A DNA stretch of 55,329 nucleotides from Alphaproteobacteria bacterium (GTDB lineage Bacteria; Pseudomonadota; Alphaproteobacteria; UBA7985; JAUIBT01). The first letter of the stretch is position 1. Each line of letters begins with the position of its first letter. The position numbers were made by a program, and so were the translations under genes. Positions 1 through 9,619 of this stretch are shown piece after piece. The stretch is taken from assembly GCA_030432195.1 (NCBI GenBank), contig JAUIHE010000003.1:1-55329 (forward strand), written 5' to 3'. Under the pieces are notes generated by a model. It was given only the letters and a program-made list of their open reading frames with translations, did not search any database and was not told the DNA's origin.

Positions 1-1162
1 TGGTCATCCAGCCCTGCTCGGGCGAAACCAACAGCGCCAAGTCTTTGGTCATGAAGCCGCTCTCGACGGTTTGAATACAGACCTTCTCCAGGGTCTTGGC
101 AAAGCGAGATACCTCGGGCGTGCCGTCGAATTGACCGCGATAATCTAGGCCGCGCGTCCAGGCGAAGATTGATGCAATGGGGTTGGTCGAGGTCTCTTTG
201 CCCTGTTGGTGCAGACGGTAGTGACGGGTCACGGTGCCGTGGGCTGCTTCAGCCTCGACGGTCTGTCCGTCGGGGGTCATCAACACAGAGGTCATGAGAC
301 CCAGCGAGCCGAAGCCCTGCGCCACGGTATCCGACTGCACGTCACCGTCGTAGTTCTTACATGCCCAGACGAAGCCGCCGGACCACTTCAGCGCTGCGGC
401 CACCATGTCATCGATCAGACGGTGTTCGTAGGAAATGCCTTTGGCTTCGAACTGTTCTTTGAATTCGGTCTCAAAGATCTCTTGGAAGATATCTTTAAAG
501 CGGCCGTCGTAGGCCTTCATGATGGTGTTCTTGGTCGACAAATAGACCGGCCAGCCCAGGTTCAGGCCATAGTTTAGCGACGCGCGCGCAAAACCGCGGA
601 TCGATTCATCCAGGTTGTACATGGCCACCGTGATACCGCTGTCGGGGAAGTCGAAGACCTCGCGCTCGATGCTGTCAGATCCATTTGACGCTTCCCACTT
701 CATGGTCAGTTTGCCCGCGCCAGGCACCAAGAAATCGGTCGCGCGGTACTGGTCGCCAAAAGCGTGACGGCCGATAACAATCGGCTTGGTCCAGCCCGGC
801 ACCAGGCGCGGCACGTTGTTCATAATGATGGGCTGGCGGAAAACGGTGCCGCCCAGAATGTTACGGATAGTGCCGTTGGGCGACTTCCACATTTGCTTGA
901 GGCCGAATTCTTCGACCCGCGCTTCATCGGGGGTAATGGTCGCGCACTTGACGCCGACGCGGTACTTCTTGATGGCGTTGGCGGCGTCGATGGTGATCTG
1001 GTCATCGGTCTCGTCGCGTTTTTCCACCGACAGGTCATAGTACTTCAGGTCGATGTCCAGATAGGGAAGGATCAAACGCTCCTTGATGAATTCCCAGATG
1101 ATGCGGGTCATTTCATCGCCGTCGAGCTCGACGACCGGGTTTTGCACCTTAATCTTGGACAT
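1..1162 (-). CDS. icd: NADP-dependent isocitrate dehydrogenase (3' end outside window)
   Basis: Absent from the ORF track because it runs off the window. The reverse complement from ATG at 1162 reads [80 protein letters not shown]..., a typical N-terminus of dimeric NADP-IDH. Plus-strand ORFs 206..577 and 764..1339 are antisense shadows. Confidence 0.9.
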   Translation of the reverse strand, partial: MSKIKVQNPVVELDGDEMTRIIWEFIKERLILPYLDIDLKYYDLSVEKRDETDDQITIDAANAIKKYRVGVKCATITPDEARVEEFGLKQMWKSPNGTIRNILGGTVFRQPIIMNNVPRLVPGWTKPIVIGRHAFGDQYRATDFLVPGAGKLTMKWEASNGSDSIEREVFDFPDSGITVAMYNLDESIRGFARASLNYGLNLGWPVYLSTKNTIMKAYDGRFKDIFQEIFETEFKEQFEAKGISYEHRLIDDMVAAALKWSGGFVWACKNYDGDVQSDTVAQGFGSLGLMTSVLMTPDGQTVEAEAAHGTVTRHYRLHQQGKETSTNPIASIFAWTRGLDYRGQFDGTPEVSRFAKTLEKVCIQTVESGFMTKDLALLVSPEQGWMT

Positions 1163-1504
1163 AGGTTGGATTCTCTTTCTTGTTTCGGTTGGGACCGGAT
1201 TAATCGCGCCTTTGGGGCGCAAATTTCATCGCCAGGCCGCCGTTTGGGCGCCGGGGTAGCCAGGCGCGACATTAAGCGCAGCAGCCCCGCCGTGCAAGGC
1301 CGGAAGCGCCGCGCCTCTATGACAAGTCGCCCCATGTAAAAACCGGTTTTGACCGCTTTTCTGGGCCATTTCTGCGGCTCTTCAAGGCCCAAGTCCGGCT
1401 TTTGTCGGCGAAGCGCGCCTGCTGAGGAACCTCCAACACCAACGCCAATGCCGCGCCAACCGTCCCCACGAAAGGCACGACCCGGCTTGAGGGCAAGTCC
1501 CTGA

Positions 1505-2155
1505 CTAGAGGCTGGCGGCTTCGGCCTTGCTAGCTTTCTTTGCCGCCAAAGCGCTAGCAAGCTGGTCCAAAATGGCCTCGGGCGTTGCGGCAAGACTATA
1601 AAGGTCTTCGAAACGGTTATGCAGATAGTTTTGCTGCTCGAAGTGGTCGAATAAGGCGATCAAAGGCTGCCAAAACCCAGAAAAATCAGCAAAAACAATT
1701 GGCTTGTCGAGCTGTCCCAACTGCTTAAGAGTCACCACTTCCATGACTTCCTCCAGGGTCCCAAAGCCGCCCGGCAGGATGACGAAGGCGTCGGCGCGCT
1801 CCATCATAATGTTTTTACGCTGGTGCATGGTCTCGACCACGATGAGTTCGCTCAGCTCGCGGTTGGCGGCCTCCATGTCTAACAAGAAGCGGGTGATAAC
1901 GCCGGTCACTTCAGAGCCCGCTTGCTGCGCGGCCAAGCTGGAAGCGCCCATCAAGCCCACCTTGCCGCCGCCGAACACCAAGTTTGCGCCGGCCTCGCCA
2001 ATCCTTGTGCCCACTTCCGCCGCCAGAGCGCGATGCTCCATGTCAACACGCTGTGACGCACCGCCATAAACGCAGATGGTGTAGCCCTCAAGGTCACCTT
2101 TGGGCGCTATAGACGCGGGTTTGAGCGCGGGAATCACCGGTGATTGTTTTGACAT
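1505..2155 (-). CDS. LOG family protein (TIGR00730-type Rossmann fold nucleotide-binding / cytokinin riboside 5'-monophosphate phosphoribohydrolase-like)
   Basis: 216 aa with GGGKVGLMGA and PGGFGTLEE motifs, typical of the LOG / lysine-decarboxylase-like family. Confidence 0.8.
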   Translation of the reverse strand: MSKQSPVIPALKPASIAPKGDLEGYTICVYGGASQRVDMEHRALAAEVGTRIGEAGANLVFGGGKVGLMGASSLAAQQAGSEVTGVITRFLLDMEAANRELSELIVVETMHQRKNIMMERADAFVILPGGFGTLEEVMEVVTLKQLGQLDKPIVFADFSGFWQPLIALFDHFEQQNYLHNRFEDLYSLAATPEAILDQLASALAAKKASKAEAASL

Positions 2156-2385
2156 CTTTGGTCATTACTCTTAGCTAGGTGCGATTCCGGCAGCTGGACC
2201 TGTGTCTGCTTGGCGGTTTCGCAAGTAGGGATGAATTTAGTCGTTAAGCGGCGAGTGGCCAGACCTTGGAAACGAAGGCTCGCGCAGATCAGCGCACCTA
2301 GGCTCTAGAACAAGAGCTCGTACAAAGGCCAGGGAAATAAGATCGGACGCGCTCAAGCTTACAAATTGCGGGTTGGAAAGCAACG

Positions 2386-5052
2386 ATGCCGGGCAAAATT
2401 GCGATATTGATCTTGTTTTTGCTGTTCGCAGCGGGCGGGGGCACTTGGTGGCTATTGAGCCAAGATCCAAGCGCGGACCCCGATGGCGCCCCGGCCGTGA
2501 CCGCTTTGGAGCAAGCCGGAAGCGAAACAGCTGCTGTTGAGGCGGACGTAGCCCCTGATGGTGGGGACACCGCCGACGCTGTAGCAAGCCCCGCTGAACC
2601 CACCGTCGAAACGCCCGAAGCCGAAACCATGGTCGAGACCTTGGCGGAGACCTCGCCCGAGGCTGGCGCTGATACCGCTACAGGCGCGACACCTGAGGTG
2701 GCCGATACAACGGCGCCAATTGCAGAAGCAACAGCCAGCGATGGCGAAGGCAGCGCAGCCCAAACGGAAGAAGAAAACAGCGCCGCTGCAGAAGCGACGC
2801 CTGTTCAGGAGGCCAAGGCCCCAGAACAACAGACAGCTGAGCAGCACGCCCCAGAACAGCAGATGGTCGAACAGCAGATGGCCGAACAGCAAGCACCCGC
2901 CGAAGAAAGCGCAGCGGCCTCTATGGACGCGAGCCACAGCGATAACGCGACCCCGGATCCAATCTCTGCGGATCCAATCTCTGCGGCTCCAATCTCTGAG
3001 GCGCCCATCGCCGAGGCACCCGCCACGGTTGCAACCGCCACGGTTGCGCCCGTCACTGAAGCGCCGGCACCAGAAGGCGAGACAAGCCTAGCCGCCGCGA
3101 GCCCGACGGTAGAGACGCCAAGCGCTTCTGAGCTGGTCGAAGAAGCCGCGCAAGAGCCAGCCCCCGTTGAAACTCCGACGGATGAAGCCGTAGCGGATGA
3201 AGTCCCTAGCACCTCTGTAGCCGCCGACCAGGAATCCACGGGTCAAGCGCAAGGCGAGGAAGCCGTTGCTCACGCAGCGCCGCAAGAAGCCCCTGCCCAA
3301 GTGGCAGTCGAGGCCGCAACACCAGAAACTACAACACTAGAAGCAACAACAACCGAGACCGCTGAGCCTACCGCGATGGCTGCCGAGTTTGCCAAGGTTG
3401 AAAACGCAACCGCCGTTGAGGCACCCGCAACGCCTTCTGAAGCCCCAGCACCAGATACCAGCAATACGGATACTGGCAATACGGATACTGGCAATACGGA
3501 TACAAGCAATACGAATACCGGCAATCAGGACACCGGCAATCAGGACACCGGCCTGGATACCCTCGAAGGCCTGGGCAATTTGTTGGACTCCTTCCAGATC
3601 GGCCAAGAAGAGACCCAAGCTAAATTCGGCGATGCTGGTCTTGCGTCCCAGACCGACGCGACGGCAGCCCCACAAAGCAGCGCTCAAAGCGCGGCTAGCC
3701 AGGGCAACAAGGCCAGCGATCCCAACAACACGAGCGGCCTAGCGGGCACCGAACTTGCCAAAGCCGACACCCAAGCAGAAGCCAAGGCTCAATTGCCCCG
3801 ATCCCAAGGCAGCTTTGATGTCATTCGCCTGGATGCCGACGGCAAGGCCGTTCTGGCGGGCTCCAGCAATCGCCTCGCCACCAGCCTTTTGCTGAACGGC
3901 GAGTTGGTCGAAGACCTCAATGTCACGGAATCGGGTCAGTGGATCTACATTACTGAGGACCCGTTGCCCAGCGGCTCCCTCACCTTCGCCCTGGCTGTTC
4001 GCGATCCGGCGACCGGCGGCTTTGAGCAACCCTATCTGGCGGTGGCCGCCTTGTTCGTCGAGGTCCCGCAAGCGCCCGCGCCTCAACAGCCAGCAAGCGA
4101 GCCGCAAGCAGAAATCGCCGCCGTGACAGCGCCTGAAACGACAGCGCCTAAAACGACAGCGCCCGAAACGATAAAGGCCGAGACGACAATGGCCGAGACC
4201 ACCGCGCCCGAGGGTGCCGCTGAGCAGGCTCCGGCTGACGAGCAAGCCCTGTCGGAGCAAGCCCTGGCGGAGCAAGCCCTGGCGGAGCAAGCCCCGTCGG
4301 AGCAAGCCCCGTCGGAGCACGCCCTGGCGGAGCAAACCGCAAGCCAGCCTTCCGGCAGCACAAGCTTGACCGAAGAGCAGACGGCGGCGGTACAAGCCGT
4401 TGCAGCGCAATTGGTTGCCAAAGCTGAGACCGCCCAACCTGCAACGCCGCAGCCTGCAACGCCGCAGCCTGCGACCCAGCAGCCCGAATCAGCGCAGACC
4501 AAGGCAGCGAGCAACCAGGTCAAATTGTTGGCCGTGTCGCAGAGCGCTGGAGACACGCAATTCCGCCTGCACAGCGCGCAGCTCGCAGGTGAAAAGCGCG
4601 ACGGCCAGCTGTATCTAGAGCGCTTGGACTACGATTCCTTCGGCAACCTGGTGTTCAATGGTCAAGCCCAGCCCGCGCACCGCATCAACATTTACCTGAA
4701 CAACGAGCTCATCGGTCAGCCGCGGGTGCGCCGCGACCAGCGCTGGAGCTTCGCGCCCAAGAATTTCCAATGCCCCCCTGGCGGTCACACCATTCGCACC
4801 GACATGGTGGACCCTGACGGCCAGGTGGTTGCACGCCTGGAGCTGCCGTTTGTGCGCGAAGAGACCTCCTGGGATACAGAAGGCAAGGTGGATCTGACCA
4901 TCAAGCGCAACGATAATCTTTGGAAGATCGCCTCGCGAGCATTTGGCAAAGGCGCCAAGTACACCTTGATTTATGAGAACAATAACGACCAAATTTCAGA
5001 CCCAAATTTGATTTACCCTGGACAGGTGTTTGAAATTCGACGCGAAGATTAG
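2386..5052 (+). CDS. LysM peptidoglycan-binding domain protein: N-terminal membrane anchor, long acidic Ala/Pro/Glu/Thr-rich repeats, two beta-rich modules, C-terminal LysM
   Basis: N-terminal hydrophobic segment (KIAILILFLLFAAGGGTWWLL). C-terminal LysM signature (TIKRNDNLWKIASRAFGKGAKYTLIYENNNDQISDPNLIYPGQVFEI). Two FDVIRLD.../...YLNNELIG modules, as seen in large alphaproteobacterial LysM proteins. Confidence 0.8.
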   Translation: MPGKIAILILFLLFAAGGGTWWLLSQDPSADPDGAPAVTALEQAGSETAAVEADVAPDGGDTADAVASPAEPTVETPEAETMVETLAETSPEAGADTATGATPEVADTTAPIAEATASDGEGSAAQTEEENSAAAEATPVQEAKAPEQQTAEQHAPEQQMVEQQMAEQQAPAEESAAASMDASHSDNATPDPISADPISAAPISEAPIAEAPATVATATVAPVTEAPAPEGETSLAAASPTVETPSASELVEEAAQEPAPVETPTDEAVADEVPSTSVAADQESTGQAQGEEAVAHAAPQEAPAQVAVEAATPETTTLEATTTETAEPTAMAAEFAKVENATAVEAPATPSEAPAPDTSNTDTGNTDTGNTDTSNTNTGNQDTGNQDTGLDTLEGLGNLLDSFQIGQEETQAKFGDAGLASQTDATAAPQSSAQSAASQGNKASDPNNTSGLAGTELAKADTQAEAKAQLPRSQGSFDVIRLDADGKAVLAGSSNRLATSLLLNGELVEDLNVTESGQWIYITEDPLPSGSLTFALAVRDPATGGFEQPYLAVAALFVEVPQAPAPQQPASEPQAEIAAVTAPETTAPKTTAPETIKAETTMAETTAPEGAAEQAPADEQALSEQALAEQALAEQAPSEQAPSEHALAEQTASQPSGSTSLTEEQTAAVQAVAAQLVAKAETAQPATPQPATPQPATQQPESAQTKAASNQVKLLAVSQSAGDTQFRLHSAQLAGEKRDGQLYLERLDYDSFGNLVFNGQAQPAHRINIYLNNELIGQPRVRRDQRWSFAPKNFQCPPGGHTIRTDMVDPDGQVVARLELPFVREETSWDTEGKVDLTIKRNDNLWKIASRAFGKGAKYTLIYENNNDQISDPNLIYPGQVFEIRRED
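2854..2898 (+). repeat. 15-nt tandem repeat x3 (gaacagcagatggyc; EQQMx) inside the LysM gene
   Basis: Direct reading: gaacagcagatggtc gaacagcagatggcc gaacagcaagcaccc. Confidence 0.8.
2956..3051 (+). repeat. 15-nt tandem repeats (gatccaatctctgcg x4 degenerate, then gccacggttgcnncc x2) inside the LysM gene
   Basis: Encodes DPISADPISAAPISEAPIAEAP followed by ATVATATVAP. The first two units are identical. Confidence 0.85.
3454..3552 (+). repeat. 15-nt tandem repeat, about 6.5 copies (gatactggcaatacg family; DTGNT/NQDTG) inside the LysM gene
   Basis: gataccagcaatacg gatactggcaatacg gatactggcaatacg gatacaagcaatacg aataccggcaatcag gacaccggcaatcag gacaccggc. Confidence 0.9.
4126..4215 (+). repeat. 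15-nt tandem repeat x6 (acagcgcctgaaacg family; TAPET) inside the LysM gene
   Basis: acagcgcctgaaacg acagcgcctaaaacg acagcgcccgaaacg ataaaggccgagacg acaatggccgagacc accgcgcccgagggt. Confidence 0.85.
4240..4344 (+). repeat. 15-nt tandem repeat x7 (gagcaagccctggcg family; EQALA/EQAPS) inside the LysM gene
   Basis: Seven consecutive units starting gagcaagccctgtcg, with 0-4 substitutions each. Confidence 0.9.
4435..4485 (+). repeat. 15-nt tandem repeat, about 3 copies (cagcctgcaacgccg; PATPQ) inside the LysM gene
   Basis: caacctgcaacgccg cagcctgcaacgccg cagcctgcgacccag cagccc. Confidence 0.8.
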
Positions 5053-5237
5053 CCTTAGCAAGAGGCGGCCAGACCAGCGCGCCGCTCATGAAGCGGCCAA
5101 GCCTGGGCGCACTTGACGGGGCCTTTGCGGGTCGATGCCTAGCCTTTCCACGCCTATACGAGATGTGCGCCTTGGCGACGCTGGCGGACTGGTCGTCTAT
5201 GGTTGGTCCTTGATAATCGTATAGGAGCCCTGAATTC

Positions 5238-6746
5238 ATGGCCAAGCTTGCCCTCGCTGCACCCCCGCAAGCAATCGTTCGAAACCTTCGGGACACCGCG
5301 GCAGGCTTGGGGCTTGTTTCCTGCTTGCTTGCCTGCTTGCTTGCCGGTCTAGCGCCCGTGGCTTCTAACGCCCAAACGGGCGCGCGCGTCGCTGCGGTAT
5401 GCCAAGAAATTGTCAACGACAATGACCGGGTAGCGCTCCAATTTATGACGATAGAGGCGAGCGTGCTGGATCAGCGCCTGCAAGACAGCGATCCAGAAAT
5501 CGCTTGCGCGCTACAATTCATGCTGAGCCAGCGCGGCTATGATTTGGGCGTTGACGGCGACTTCGGGCCTATGTCGCGGCGCGCCCTGGCCAACTTCAAA
5601 GCCGTGCACTGCAACGCCCCTGACCCCAGTGAGGCGCTGGATCGGGCCACCATCTCCTGCCTGATTGAAGAGACCAAGCCCCTGGGTATTAAGCCGCTGC
5701 CGCTGACTATGGCAGCCGGCGGCGCGGCGCTCCCCTCCACGCCGAGCCCGCCAGCCGCCACGAGCCAAGCCTTGCAGCCATCCAGCACCACTTCCCCTGA
5801 GGCGAATACGGCGACGGGCTTGCCTGATCCGCTGCAAACACCCCTGCCGGGCAGCAAACCTAGTCTACAAGCCCCCGGCGGCCCGCCAGCGCCTACAGCG
5901 ACAGAACCAGCCGCTGGCAATCACTTGCAGCGCGCTTCACAAGTCACCGGCCAGCCTTGCCGTGACCCTGCAAGCTCAAGCGATCGCGATATTCGCGGCA
6001 ACCTAGCAATCTTCGCGGGCGCGCCGCTATGCTATTCGGTTGTGACGGTTGACGAGGCCGGGCGGCGCTGGCTGGTGCAGGTGATCGAAAACTATGAAAA
6101 TGTCGCGGGGCCTGCTTGGCTGGCTCCCCACGACAACGAGGATGCGGCCCAGAACGGCGGCCTTTGGGCTGTGCGCCAATTTGGCGGCTTTCTAATTACT
6201 TTCGAGACCGGCGACCAGCGGATTTTCCAGGGCCAAGACGCCAACCGCATCTTTGCCACCGACACCCGCACCGCGGCGACTTGTTCCAAGCTCCGAGCGC
6301 CGCACCCACGCCTGACCCGCCTGATTGACGACTATTTCCGCATGGCGCCCCGCCCCTATCTGTCGCTGCATTCAAATGATAACGGCTATTCCGGCAACGG
6401 CGGTCAGGGCACGATCTCGGTGCTGCGCCGCTCCAGCATCTTGCAAGGCCACCCCGCCAAACGCGGTAGCCAACTGGCCGACGACGAAGACAACCTGATG
6501 ATGACCGCCGGGACCCAGCGGTTTGATGACAATGGCCCAGCCCTGCATTTTACCAGCGCAATGCACCGCCAAGGCGTGCACGTGATCTATGAAGAAGTTA
6601 ACCGTGCCAAGAACGATTGTTCCTTCTCCAATTACGTCAAACTGACCTATCCAACGGCTGCTTACTACACCGTCGAAGTTGAGCATCGCCAGGACGCCCG
6701 CATGCGCGAGCTGATAACGATTTTGCTGAACTACATCGGCCGCTAG
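5238..6746 (+). CDS. Secreted protein with a peptidoglycan-binding (PG_binding_1-like) domain, a Pro/Ser/Thr linker and a C-terminal HxxE...H domain (possible M14-like murein peptide amidase)
   Basis: Signal-like N-terminus (GLVSCLLACLLAGLAPVASNAQ). LSQRGYDLGVDGDFGPMSRRALANFK matches the PG-binding repeat pattern. The C-terminal domain has APHDNEDAA (HxxE) and LSLHSN, reminiscent of zinc carboxypeptidase/amidase ligands. The catalytic assignment is inference only. Confidence 0.6.
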   Translation: MAKLALAAPPQAIVRNLRDTAAGLGLVSCLLACLLAGLAPVASNAQTGARVAAVCQEIVNDNDRVALQFMTIEASVLDQRLQDSDPEIACALQFMLSQRGYDLGVDGDFGPMSRRALANFKAVHCNAPDPSEALDRATISCLIEETKPLGIKPLPLTMAAGGAALPSTPSPPAATSQALQPSSTTSPEANTATGLPDPLQTPLPGSKPSLQAPGGPPAPTATEPAAGNHLQRASQVTGQPCRDPASSSDRDIRGNLAIFAGAPLCYSVVTVDEAGRRWLVQVIENYENVAGPAWLAPHDNEDAAQNGGLWAVRQFGGFLITFETGDQRIFQGQDANRIFATDTRTAATCSKLRAPHPRLTRLIDDYFRMAPRPYLSLHSNDNGYSGNGGQGTISVLRRSSILQGHPAKRGSQLADDEDNLMMTAGTQRFDDNGPALHFTSAMHRQGVHVIYEEVNRAKNDCSFSNYVKLTYPTAAYYTVEVEHRQDARMRELITILLNYIGR

Positions 6747-7390
6747 TGGTGCTAGAGCCCTGGCAAGAACGGCTTCAAAACTGCTTTGGCGTTTGCGCGC
6801 CGCCCCGCGCACTGTTTTATGCCTTCGACGTCGCGCTGCGCTTTGAGCTAGGCGGGGATCGCGAGCTGGACCCGCCCATAGGGCGCTTTTTGCAGGCCCA
6901 TCAACGCGCCCGCGCCTTGGCAAGGTTTGCGTTTCGTAACAGCCAGAGCCTCTATGCGGTGAGCGCCAGTTGGGGCAATGACCAGGGACCTAAATCAGAC
7001 CTCCAGGACCTCCGGGCGGTTCTGCCGACGCTGAACCCTGAAGAGCCATCCTTCAAAGAAACTGAGGACGAAGAGGATCCCTTCGATCCGGTGGTGGCCT
7101 ATTGGTACGTCAACCAGATCGGCGCGCCCGCCGGAACAAGAGACCAAAAAATGGAAGAATTGCTGTGGCTGGCGCTCGCAAGCGACCTGGGCATCCGTCC
7201 GGCAGCCATTGGTTCCAAAACCTGGCTGGTCGATTTCGACAACGCGATCATTTTACACGCCTACGATGATCGAGGGCTGGATATAGTCGCCATGGATGCG
7301 CAAGTGCTTCAACCCGTCTACGATACCTTCAAGGCATGGCTGCTTGACTATGACCGGCAAAAAATGGACCGCGTTTTCCATTCAGCCTAG
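6746..7390 (+). CDS. Hypothetical cytoplasmic protein, translationally coupled to the upstream gene (from memory resembles DUF3885-type proteins; unverified)
   Basis: GTG at 6746 overlaps the upstream TAG (6744..6746) by 1 nt. 214 aa with no signal peptide. C-terminal block ...ILHAYDDRGLDIVAMD.... Confidence 0.55.
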   Translation: MVLEPWQERLQNCFGVCAPPRALFYAFDVALRFELGGDRELDPPIGRFLQAHQRARALARFAFRNSQSLYAVSASWGNDQGPKSDLQDLRAVLPTLNPEEPSFKETEDEEDPFDPVVAYWYVNQIGAPAGTRDQKMEELLWLALASDLGIRPAAIGSKTWLVDFDNAIILHAYDDRGLDIVAMDAQVLQPVYDTFKAWLLDYDRQKMDRVFHSA

Positions 7391-7433
7391 GTGCGCACCG
7401 CCGTTGTGCGCCCTTTCGCGGCTCTAACCTCGG

Positions 7434-7486
7434 CCCTAGGCTAAAGACCCTGGCCTAAAAACCCTGGCTTAGCCCTGGCCGAAAAG
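7434..7486. repeat. Degenerate tandem repeat (CCCTGGCYTAR-N, 11-14 nt period, 4 copies) spanning the stop codon of the NUDIX gene
   Basis: ccctaggctaaaga ccctggcctaaaaa ccctggcttag ccctggccgaaaag. On the minus strand the gene ends ...ggccagggcTAA, followed by gccagggttttTA, ggccagggtctTTA and gcctagggcc. Confidence 0.7.
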
Positions 7487-8113
7487 CCAATCGCGATGGA
7501 ACAACAACAGCTGCAACAAGCCCGCTTGACTGGGCGCGTCCAATACGCCGTCGGTTCTGAGCAGGCTCTCAACCTCTGCCACGCTCAACCAATGCAGGCT
7601 GGCGATCTCGCTTTCCTGGCGTTGGAGCGCCTCGGGGTCTCTCACCCGCGCGGCAAACAAATGGATCGTGTGATTGGTCACCGCCGCGCTGGGCACCAAC
7701 TGTGTGAGCGCCCGCAAGGGGCCGTCGATGACCAGCCCGGTTTCTTCTTCCAGCTCGCGCTTGGCGGTGGCCTCAGCCGCATCGCCGCTTTCAGAGCGCC
7801 CGCCGGGGAGCCCCCAAACCACGCGATCCAACGGCAAGCGGTACTCGCGAACCAACAGGATTTTGCCGCCATGGCAAGCCGCGACCATGGCCCCATGGCC
7901 CGGCACATCCAAGCAATAATAGCAGCCCTGGTAACCATCGGGGCGCTCAAACTGGACTTCTTCGATGCCCAGAAACGGACTTTCGTAAGCCAAACGGCGC
8001 GCGCCAACGCGCCAGGCCTGCGCCTGATCCGCCTGGTCTAGCGCCGCTAGCCGTACGCCAGGGGCAGCCCCCGAACGAAGGTCCGCAGTCGGTTTCTCGC
8101 TTGCCTTCGACAC
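7469..8113 (-). CDS. NUDIX hydrolase (ADP-ribose pyrophosphatase-like)
   Basis: Nudix box GLPGGRSESGDAAEATAKRELEEETGL. Starts 3 nt downstream of the aatA stop, so probably co-transcribed. Confidence 0.8.
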   Translation of the reverse strand: MSKASEKPTADLRSGAAPGVRLAALDQADQAQAWRVGARRLAYESPFLGIEEVQFERPDGYQGCYYCLDVPGHGAMVAACHGGKILLVREYRLPLDRVVWGLPGGRSESGDAAEATAKRELEEETGLVIDGPLRALTQLVPSAAVTNHTIHLFAARVRDPEALQRQESEIASLHWLSVAEVESLLRTDGVLDAPSQAGLLQLLLFHRDWLFGQG

Positions 8114-8116
8114 GGG

Positions 8117-9418
<1,302 letters not shown>

Positions 9419-9516
9419 CTAGCCCAAGTCGTTCGCGCGGCAAAGAGGCAGATGCTGGGCCCGTGCGGCAAGATCCAGGATCGGCGCGTGTCAAAAGCGC
9501 GCAAAAGGCCAAGCAG

Positions 9517-9561
9517 GCATGACCCTGACCTGCATGATCCGGGTCTGCATGAACCAGGCAG
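9517..9561. repeat. 15-nt tandem repeat x3 (gcatgaNCCNGNNCt) downstream of the hemY-like gene
   Basis: gcatgaccctgacct gcatgatccgggtct gcatgaaccaggcag. Confidence 0.6.
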
Positions 9562-9619
9562 GCAGCGCGCCTGCACCGCCCGCCCTATCCTTTGTTTCCT
9601 GCTGACTTCTGCGTTTTGC

